This document shows, piece by piece, positions 38,812 to 45,452 of a DNA stretch of 45,452 nt (position 1 is its first letter; each line of letters begins with the position of its first letter). The notes under the pieces were generated by a model. The model saw only the letters and a program-made list of their open reading frames with translations. It searched no databases and was not told the origin of the DNA. A program made the position numbers and the translations under genes. The DNA is from Methanosarcinaceae archaeon (lineage in GTDB: Archaea > Halobacteriota > Methanosarcinia > Methanosarcinales > Methanosarcinaceae), in the NCBI GenBank assembly GCA_016926455.1, contig JAFGOO010000074.1, positions 1-45,452 of the forward strand, given 5' to 3'.

Positions 38812-39813
38812 ATGAATATGTGCCACTTAACCCCTGAAATGTTCACCCCAGACATCCACAAAAGGATGCTAAAAGCAAAACAAAAATCACTTGAAAATTA
38901 TGGCAAAAAACTGAATTTTTTCATTACATCAGACATCTTTCCTTCTGTATCCCTAACGGGCAGCCACTGCCAATTAAGTTGCAAGCATTGCGAAGGCAGG
39001 CTCCTCAAACGCCTGATACCTGCTACATCACCTGTAAAGTTTGAGAAGGTTGCACGCCAGCTTGCAAAAAACAGTGCCAGAGGATTGCTCATAACTGGCG
39101 GATGTGATGAGGCGGGAAAACTCCCGACTGTAAATTTTGCGGAGTCCATAAAAAGGATTAAACAGGAAACAGACCTCATCCTCATAGCTCATACTGGTTT
39201 CATTTCGCGTGGGGATGCATTTATTTTGAAAGATAGTGGTCTTGATGGCATCGCATTCGATGTGGTTGGGGACATTGAAACCGTCAACCGCGTTTACGGC
39301 TTAAAGGTCACCGAAAATGATTATTTGCAAAGCCTTCAGGCTATTTCAGAAGTCGGGATTAATGTCCTGCCACATGTCTGTGTGGGACTTGATTTCGGTA
39401 GTATCCGTGGAGAACTCAAGGCACTTGAAATTATTAGGCATATTAACCCTTCCACATTAATAATAACCGGCCTCATGCCAATTGTGGGCACGCCTATGTC
39501 AGCAGTCAGGCCAGATCCTCGTGATTTTGCAGAGGTGTTCTGCAGGGCGGCAGAATTGTTTCCTGAGGTTCAGATAACTCTTGGTTGCTCCCATTCCATT
39601 GGTCGTGATCGTGAGATGATAGAATTAATTGCACTGGAGAGTGGTGTTTTCAATATTGCAATCCCTACCTGCAATTTTGTAAAACATGCATTTTCGGAAG
39701 GGTATAAAGTAGAATATTTTGGCACCTGCTGCGGGGTACGGCCTACGGATTCTACTTGCATCGACTCAAATATATCCCATAACAGTGAATGGGTTTATGC
39801 TACTCTAAAATGA
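38812..39813 (+). CDS. radical SAM protein, LipS-type candidate lipoyl synthase component (paralogue A)
   Basis: VSLTGSHCQLSCKHCEG (CX3CX2C), GLLITGGCDE and PHVCVGLDFG. C-terminal CC motif (GTCCG). Alignable along its whole length with 40846-41829. Confidence 0.75.
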   Translation: MNMCHLTPEMFTPDIHKRMLKAKQKSLENYGKKLNFFITSDIFPSVSLTGSHCQLSCKHCEGRLLKRLIPATSPVKFEKVARQLAKNSARGLLITGGCDEAGKLPTVNFAESIKRIKQETDLILIAHTGFISRGDAFILKDSGLDGIAFDVVGDIETVNRVYGLKVTENDYLQSLQAISEVGINVLPHVCVGLDFGSIRGELKALEIIRHINPSTLIITGLMPIVGTPMSAVRPDPRDFAEVFCRAAELFPEVQITLGCSHSIGRDREMIELIALESGVFNIAIPTCNFVKHAFSEGYKVEYFGTCCGVRPTDSTCIDSNISHNSEWVYATLK

Positions 39814-39832
39814 ATTATTTTAACTCTCTGGT

Positions 39833-40846
39833 ATGATTCCCATGCAAACTGAACCATCCTGTAAAAAAGTTCGCGCATCTCTTGGTACGCTTGGGGTGCT
39901 TGGAATGGAATTCTTAATGATGGATGCACCTCCTACAACTGCGTATCTGCAGATATACACGGATAAACGCTGCATTGCAAACTGCCGTTTTTGCTCACAG
40001 GCTGGGGGAGGAGACGGCGATTTGAAGAAAATAGCACGTGGTATGTACATACCATCCGACTTCGATAACGTTGTGTTAAGACTTGGAATTGCATTTGAGC
40101 GTGGTTACCTTAAGAGGGCGTGCATCCAGACTGCAATGTATCCTGAGATGTGGGAGGATACCACACACCTTATCAAAAGCATTAGGGAACTAAGCCTAAT
40201 TCCGATTTCTGTATCCGTTTTCCCTCTGAGTGATGAAAAATATTCTACCTTAAAGGATTTAGGTGTTGATAAACTGGTGATTCCGCTTGATGCATGCAAC
40301 TGCAAACTGTTCAGTTTTATCAAGGGCAAGGAAGCCCACAGCATCTATGAATGGGATTCACACCTTGACGGGATTAAGCGTGCAACCCGGATATTAGGGA
40401 GGGGGTCGGTGGGTACACATCTAATTATCGGAATGGGGGAAAGTGCTGAAGATGCACTTGAATTGATAAGCAAACTGCATGGAGAAGGTGTTTACTCTGC
40501 TCTTTTTGCTTATACCCACCTTCCGGGAACTCGAAATATTCCTTCAAACCTGAATATTAAACACTACCGATCTGTTCAATTTGGTGCCTATTTGATTCGT
40601 GAGAACCTTGTATCCTTTGCAGACATGGCCTTCGTGTCCGGCGAAGTGGTGGATTTTGGAATTCCAGAGGTCGATATACAGAGCCTATTAAAAAGTGGCG
40701 AAGCATTCAAAACAACAGGTTGTCCAGACTGTAACCGTCCTTATGCCACAGAGACCCATCAGGAGATATTCAATTATCCCTGCGAACCTAATGAAAACGA
40801 AATCGGCGTCATCAGGGAGCAACTTGGGATCACTGGTGAGAAATAA
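39833..40846 (+). CDS. radical SAM protein, BioB/LipA-like fold (second LipS-type candidate)
   Basis: YTDKRCIANCRFCSQ (CX3CX2C), THLIIGMGES (BioB-like G.GET-type motif) and a C-terminal GCPDCN...C cysteine cluster. Confidence 0.75.
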   Translation: MIPMQTEPSCKKVRASLGTLGVLGMEFLMMDAPPTTAYLQIYTDKRCIANCRFCSQAGGGDGDLKKIARGMYIPSDFDNVVLRLGIAFERGYLKRACIQTAMYPEMWEDTTHLIKSIRELSLIPISVSVFPLSDEKYSTLKDLGVDKLVIPLDACNCKLFSFIKGKEAHSIYEWDSHLDGIKRATRILGRGSVGTHLIIGMGESAEDALELISKLHGEGVYSALFAYTHLPGTRNIPSNLNIKHYRSVQFGAYLIRENLVSFADMAFVSGEVVDFGIPEVDIQSLLKSGEAFKTTGCPDCNRPYATETHQEIFNYPCEPNENEIGVIREQLGITGEK

Positions 40847-41829
40847 TGAGCGAAATCGGAAGACGGTTGGAAAATGTGGATATGATCCGCAAGAGAGTAT
40901 TGGAGAAAATAGACGAACTGGATTTAAGTGAAACTACAAAGGAAGAGATGTCTAAATCCTTTAAATCCAGGCTAAATTCATTTTCAACTAATATTATTTT
41001 CTTTACTAAACCTTTCACTCCGGTTTCTGTTACAGGTACGGAGTGCGAACTGAATTGCAAACACTGTGAAAAAATCTACTTAAAACACATGCTTGATGGA
41101 AGCCACGGTAAACTCAGTGCTATTGCTCAAAATCTGGCTTTAAGAGGACATCGTGGAATCCTCCTGTCCGGTGGCAGCAAAACCGATGGGTCAGTTCCCA
41201 GTTATGAAGTTTCCGACGAGATTCGCCGAATCAAAGACGACACACACCTGCAAATAAGTGCCCACACCGGAATCGTAACAGAAGAACAGGCAAAACAGCT
41301 TTCTCCATGGCTTAACATGGCACTTGTTGACTGTATCGGAAGTGACGCCACGATCTCGGGTATACTGGGGCTTCCAAACACAGTTGATGATTATGACCGC
41401 ACACTCAGGTTCCTGACAGAAAACGGTGTTCCTATCGCACCACATATCATCGTGGGGTTAAACCATGGAAAGCTGGATGGCGAGTTCATTGCAATCGATA
41501 TGGTTAAAAAATATAATCCGAATGTTGTTGTGATTGTTATTTTCATTCCCACAAAGGGTACTAACTGCGCAGATGCTCATAATCCTTTAATAGAGGATGT
41601 TGCAAAAGTGATTATCCGGGCAAGGCAGGAGATGCCCGATATCCCCCTATCCTTGAGTTGTGTGCGTCCCGGAGGAAGGTATCGTTCGAGGCTTGATGAA
41701 TGTGCAATTCTCTGTGGTATCGACCGGATTGCAGTTCCGAGCCGAAGTGCCTATAATCTGTGCAAAGATGTAGGATTGAAAATTCATGAGGTTGATAAAT
41801 ATTGCTGTTCTTATGAGGTAATAGTGTGA
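40846..41829 (+). CDS. radical SAM protein, LipS-type candidate (paralogue B of 38812-39813)
   Basis: VSVTGTECELNCKHCEK, GILLSGGSKTDG and PHIIVGLNHG. C-terminal CC motif (KYCCS). The start overlaps the upstream stop (TAATG). Confidence 0.75.
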   Translation: MSEIGRRLENVDMIRKRVLEKIDELDLSETTKEEMSKSFKSRLNSFSTNIIFFTKPFTPVSVTGTECELNCKHCEKIYLKHMLDGSHGKLSAIAQNLALRGHRGILLSGGSKTDGSVPSYEVSDEIRRIKDDTHLQISAHTGIVTEEQAKQLSPWLNMALVDCIGSDATISGILGLPNTVDDYDRTLRFLTENGVPIAPHIIVGLNHGKLDGEFIAIDMVKKYNPNVVVIVIFIPTKGTNCADAHNPLIEDVAKVIIRARQEMPDIPLSLSCVRPGGRYRSRLDECAILCGIDRIAVPSRSAYNLCKDVGLKIHEVDKYCCSYEVIV

Positions 41830-42734
41830 AAATTGCGGCTTCATATAAGGATATAAAAATCATGGCACCAGATGATGCATCCTTTTCATTTTTCAAAAGT
41901 CCCTTTGCAGCGCATGATACAGGTAGTGCTGTAGACATTGCTTATGGTGATTTCGGTTCTATGGCAGTTTTACCGGTAGATGGAACAGTTGTTGATGTCA
42001 AAGAGTTCGATTCCCCAACTCCCTTTAAGGATCGTGATTTCAAGGAGTACATAACAGCAATCCTTTGTGGTGAGCTGCTTGTAAAGATACTGCATGTCAA
42101 ACCTGCTGTTAAGATTGGGGATTGCATTCGTGCTGGGGAATATTTTGGAACATTCATAAGAAGTGGTTACTATTATTTCTGGAATTTCCCACACTTGCAT
42201 GTTGAAGTCCGAAGGCCGGATGATTATTTGCGGGCGAGCAACAACATGGTGCTTGATGTGCCGGTTTGTGTCATTGAAAAATGTAATAATAAACCTGAAA
42301 ATCTCAGTGTTTTCGAATTTAAAGGCGAAGTTGTGTTTTCCAATAATATGTATGCACTCGTAGACTGCCCTGATTATAGCACTTTTGGTCTGGTCAATGG
42401 TTATTCTGTTAAAGGTTTCTTGCTTGATGGATTTATTCCAATAGGTGAACATGCGCTACAAAGATTTGGTTTAATAGGTACAAAACAAAATGTTCCGCCA
42501 TTTAAATATTTCAAGTCAATTGGCGATTCGTATCTGGTACACCCGTCAAGTGTGAATCTTAGAGTATTTGATGGAAATGACCAATTGTTAAAAGTTGCAG
42601 GAGCATCATTTATTTTAAGCTTTGGTAAACCTTTAATAAAATTAGTTCCTACACAACATGGCGCATGCCTTCCACAATGCGGTGAGAAGATTACCGTTAA
42701 AATTGCAAAACGTATACATTGCATGTTAAAGTAA
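41826..42734 (+). CDS. hypothetical cytoplasmic protein with an M23/LytM-like (duplicated hybrid motif) domain
   Basis: AAHDTGSAVDIAYG..G..V.PVDGTVVDV ... ILHVKPAVKIGDCIRAGEYFGT ... FPHLHVEVRR resembles the M23 H..D / HxH core. No signal peptide. GTGA overlap with the upstream gene. Confidence 0.45.
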   Translation: MKIAASYKDIKIMAPDDASFSFFKSPFAAHDTGSAVDIAYGDFGSMAVLPVDGTVVDVKEFDSPTPFKDRDFKEYITAILCGELLVKILHVKPAVKIGDCIRAGEYFGTFIRSGYYYFWNFPHLHVEVRRPDDYLRASNNMVLDVPVCVIEKCNNKPENLSVFEFKGEVVFSNNMYALVDCPDYSTFGLVNGYSVKGFLLDGFIPIGEHALQRFGLIGTKQNVPPFKYFKSIGDSYLVHPSSVNLRVFDGNDQLLKVAGASFILSFGKPLIKLVPTQHGACLPQCGEKITVKIAKRIHCMLK

Positions 42735-42753
42735 AAGAAATTGAGGCGAATTT

Positions 42754-43179
42754 GTGAAAGTTGAAGATTTTGATTTCCCCGAAGATAGACTATATTTAAA
42801 AAATCATGTATGGGTCAAGCCTTATGGGGACATTATCCATATCGGTATCACGGAACTCGGGCAATCGCTTTCCAAAGGGATAGTACATATCGACCTACCA
42901 GATGTTGGTGATATTATCCACAAGGATGATTTTTTGGTCGCATACGAGACCATCAAGGCAGTATCACAGATATCACTTCCATTTGAGTGCACGGTTGTAA
43001 GCGTCAATGATGACCTATGGGATGACCCAAATATCATAAATAACGATCCTTATAATATCTATATGGTGGAAGTAAAAGGGGATTATGAGAACAGCGGCTT
43101 GATGGGTGTCGTGGAAGCTGTTGCGTACTATGGGGATTTGATCGCAAAAGAGAGAGAACGTTACGAAGGATACGAATGA
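42754..43179 (+). CDS. GcvH-like lipoyl-carrier protein, divergent paralogue 1
   Basis: LYLKNHVWVK...GIT..G, the acceptor-lysine motif YETIKAVSQISLP and NNDPYN.YMVEV. GTG start after GAGGCG. Confidence 0.75.
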   Translation: MKVEDFDFPEDRLYLKNHVWVKPYGDIIHIGITELGQSLSKGIVHIDLPDVGDIIHKDDFLVAYETIKAVSQISLPFECTVVSVNDDLWDDPNIINNDPYNIYMVEVKGDYENSGLMGVVEAVAYYGDLIAKERERYEGYE

Positions 43180-43212
43180 TATGATTGATATCTTTTTAGG
43201 AGGAGATAACCA

Positions 43213-43632
43213 ATGGAAATAGAAGGATATGAACTACCTGATGAGCTGTATTATACCCAGGATCATGTATGGGCAAGGGTGGAGGATGACGGAAACGTCA
43301 GAGTAGGAATGAATTCATACGGTGCTGTTGCTGCAGGAACAATCGAATTTATTGACTTACCAGCGGTAGATGACGAATTTGAAGCAGGCGAAGCATTCGG
43401 GTCATTGGAATCTGCAAAGTGGGTAGGTGGACTTACCATGCCTGTCAGCGGTAAAATCATTGAAGTAAATGAAGATATTGAAGACGACCTTGAACTGATT
43501 GCAGAAGAGCCGTATGGAGATGGCTGGTTGGTTTTGATCGAGCCGTCCAAACTGGATGAAGACCTTGAAAAACTCATCCATGGTGGTGCAATTAAACCAT
43601 GGTTTGAGGAAGATCTTGCATCAAGAGAGTAA
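43213..43632 (+). CDS. GcvH-like lipoyl-carrier protein, paralogue 2
   Basis: YYTQDHVWARVEDDG, the acceptor-lysine motif SLESAKWVGGLTMPVSGKIIEVN and EEPYGDGWLV. Strong RBS TAGGAGGAG. Confidence 0.8.
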   Translation: MEIEGYELPDELYYTQDHVWARVEDDGNVRVGMNSYGAVAAGTIEFIDLPAVDDEFEAGEAFGSLESAKWVGGLTMPVSGKIIEVNEDIEDDLELIAEEPYGDGWLVLIEPSKLDEDLEKLIHGGAIKPWFEEDLASRE

Positions 43633-43652
43633 AAATATTTTTAATTACTTAT

Positions 43653-43694
43653 GTCTTTGCAGTGAGATTTATCCCAGCAAAGACTACTTTTTTT
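43653..43694 (+). terminator. hairpin plus T-tract between convergent genes
   Basis: GTCTTTGC (43653-43660) pairs with GCAAAGAC (43677-43684) and is followed by T7 at 43688-43694. Confidence 0.4.
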
Positions 43695-44439
43695 ATATCC
43701 TGTAGTTCCATTTATCTGATTTATATTTAGGCAAAAGTTCCTGTGCTGTCTGTTCTTCAGCTTTGCTAGGTTTTGAATCCACTAGTTGTACACCAAAACG
43801 TTCCTCGAATTTTTGCCGAATCACTCCTCTCACCTTTTCCATTTCCACTTTCTCAGGGAGTTCTTTATCCATCCATGTCATTCCTTCTTCGATAGAGACA
43901 ACCTGTTTATCGCTTATCTTCTCAAGCGGGATATTTGAGAGACTAAGCATTTCCTTTATATCAAAATCTAAAAGTAGTGTACCATGCTGCAGAAGTTTGC
44001 CGTTCCACCTTGTCTGTGCATTGCCTGAGATTTTCCTGCCGTCAACAATGACATCGTTTATAGGTCTAAAATCAGCATTCAATCCATACTCGTACAGTGT
44101 ATCTATTAGCATGCCGCATATCTGGTGGTATGAATCCGTGACATCAAGCGGAAACAGTTTATCATCTATCGTACCAATGACGCCGTAGTTGACCTGACGC
44201 CCCCGATCATCCGAGAATGCAAGTCCTCCACCACTTATGCGCCGTACGATTGTGTAATCCTTGCATCGCTTAAGGTTCAGTTCCACATCTGCCTTCTGAA
44301 AATATCCAAGGATAATGGATTTGGTGGGATCCCAGAATATCAAGGTGTTTCCCTCATCGTTTTTCAGGATAGATTCGTTCATTGCCATCATGTACCTGAT
44401 GTCAACCTTTCCAAAATCGATTACTCGCCATTCATCCAT
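43693..44439 (-). CDS. second lipoate/octanoate-protein ligase-like protein (catalytic domain only)
   Basis: RRISGGGLAFSD and DGRKISGNAQ motifs. No partner C-terminal-domain gene next to it. The track ORF starts at TTG 44481; ATG 44439 (MDEWRVIDFG) is preferred. Confidence 0.78.
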   Translation of the reverse strand: MDEWRVIDFGKVDIRYMMAMNESILKNDEGNTLIFWDPTKSIILGYFQKADVELNLKRCKDYTIVRRISGGGLAFSDDRGRQVNYGVIGTIDDKLFPLDVTDSYHQICGMLIDTLYEYGLNADFRPINDVIVDGRKISGNAQTRWNGKLLQHGTLLLDFDIKEMLSLSNIPLEKISDKQVVSIEEGMTWMDKELPEKVEMEKVRGVIRQKFEERFGVQLVDSKPSKAEEQTAQELLPKYKSDKWNYRI

Positions 44440-44527
44440 TTGATCACTTTTGAAATAGCAGGTATGTTTTAACTTCGACAAATATTGAGACCGAAATAAG
44501 AGTCTATAATTTTGTATTATTATTATA

Positions 44528-45394
44528 TTATTTCATCTTGCGTATTGCGAACTCACATGCCTTCGATAGTGGATCATATGCTTCAGCTACAGCAGGACAG
44601 TATGCAAGTTCCGTACTGTAGAGGTCGTGCAGGTCCATTCCAGCTTTGATTGCAAGAGATATCAGATTTACCCGCGCAGCTGCGCCTTCTTCGCCGATTG
44701 CCTGACCACCTATTATTTTTCCGGTTTTTGCATCTGCCAGTATCTTAACGGTAATTTCCTTGGCACCCGGATACTATTCAGGTCTGGTGAACCCGCTTGC
44801 TTTTCCGATGACGACTTCATATCCTGCGGATTTTGCAAAGAACTGATTGAAACCGGTTGCTGAAACTTCTATTTTACCTATGACCGAAACAAAGGTTGTC
44901 AGGGAACCCCCAAATGTATCATAACCACCAGCAGCGTTAGTTCCTGCTGTGATCTCCTGGCGGTAGGCAGTGGTCGAAAGCTGTGACATCCATGGCATGT
45001 GGTTTATTGGACTTACGGTCTCAACACAATCACCGATTGCATAAATTCCTGGAATACTTGTTTCCGTCTTTGCATTGGTCATAATTCCCCAGTTTCCAAG
45101 TTTGCATCCCGCATCCTTTGCTAGATCCCAGTTAGCGCGAACACCGGATGCCATAATCACCATATCCGCCGGAAGAATTTCACCGTTTACGGTTACAGAC
45201 GTGACTTTATTATCACCAGAAATATTCTCTAATGAGGCGCCCATCATTAATTTGATACCCGTTTCCTTAAGACTCTTTTCAAGAATCCTTGCAATATCTG
45301 GATCAATTGATTTCGGGAAGGAGTGTGGTAGCATTTCAACCAGCGTCACATCAATGTTTTTTGCTTTAACCCAACTTTGACAGTTTTCTCTCCT
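44528..45394 (-). pseudogene. pyridine nucleotide-disulfide oxidoreductase (NADH oxidase / CoA-disulfide reductase family), interrupted by an in-frame TAG and lacking a recognisable N-terminal part
   Basis: ...VTLVEMLP..., GIYAIGDCVE, then RPE-TAG(44774-44776)-YPGAKEITVKIL...AYCP...DP (intact dimerisation domain) to TAA 44528-44530 in the same frame. Upstream, the same frame hits TAA at 45395-45397 and no GxGxxG is seen. Confidence 0.5.
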
Positions 45395-45452
45395 TTATGA
45401 AAAGAATGTCTTCTCTTTAGGCCAGAATTTTTCATTTTTTTGTCAGGAAATC

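Noticed and set aside
43263-43577. 104-aa ORF antisense to GcvH-like 2 (and 42822-43037 antisense to GcvH-like 1)
   Set aside because: They give Ser-rich shadow translations, while the sense frames carry the H-protein motifs and strong RBSs.
42754-43632. Reading the two H-proteins as an ordinary glycine cleavage system
   Set aside because: No gcvT, gcvP or lpd gene lies in 45 kb, and the carriers sit inside a cofactor-assembly operon. This cannot be excluded without the whole genome, so it is kept as the refutation test for the main finding.
1-45452. Search by eye for CRISPR arrays, tRNA or rRNA genes
   Set aside because: I found no regularly spaced direct repeats of 24-40 nt, no cloverleaf-like GC-rich 70-90-nt islands in the intergenic regions, and no rRNA-like conserved blocks. 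A tRNAscan or Infernal run would be needed to be certain.

Overview
This window looks like a chromosomal segment of a euryarchaeal methanogen, probably Methanosarcinales. That is an inference from archaeal markers: S17e, Orc1/Cdc6, archaeosine TGT, class-I LysRS, type-II GAPDH, a short single-NRD NrpR next to glnA, and FprA/AfpA/rubrerythrin oxygen-defence genes. Left to right the window holds: (1) housekeeping genes (guaAA 3' end, rps17e, dapA, dapB, tgtA, cobQ, a MarC-family gene, trpD-F-E-G, an AK6-like kinase); (2) a 1.29-kb AT-rich non-coding region with origin-recognition-box repeats around an unwinding element, next to orc1/cdc6, which I read as oriC; (3) an oxygen/ROS-defence island (FprA, two rubrerythrin-type genes, nitroreductase, AfpA, an FNR-like reductase, ferredoxin) interrupted by ino1; (4) lysK, a methyltransferase, a tandem-U32 protein with a DNPH1-like gene, DUF89, a CooT-like gene, gap, adjacent NADP-phosphatase and NAD-kinase genes, larB and a homocitrate-synthase-family gene; (5) nrpR and glnA flanked by IS200/IS605 (TnpB) debris; (6) at 37.6-44.5 kb, the most unusual region. 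It is a tightly packed operon encoding a bipartite lipoate-protein ligase, three radical-SAM enzymes (a paralogous pair plus a BioB-like one), an M23/LytM-like protein and two divergent GcvH-like carriers that keep the acceptor lysine. A convergent second ligase paralogue and a disrupted pyridine-nucleotide-disulfide oxidoreductase with an in-frame TAG follow it. No tRNA, rRNA or CRISPR array was recognised. All family calls rest on reading the translated ORFs for motifs by eye; no database search was possible.
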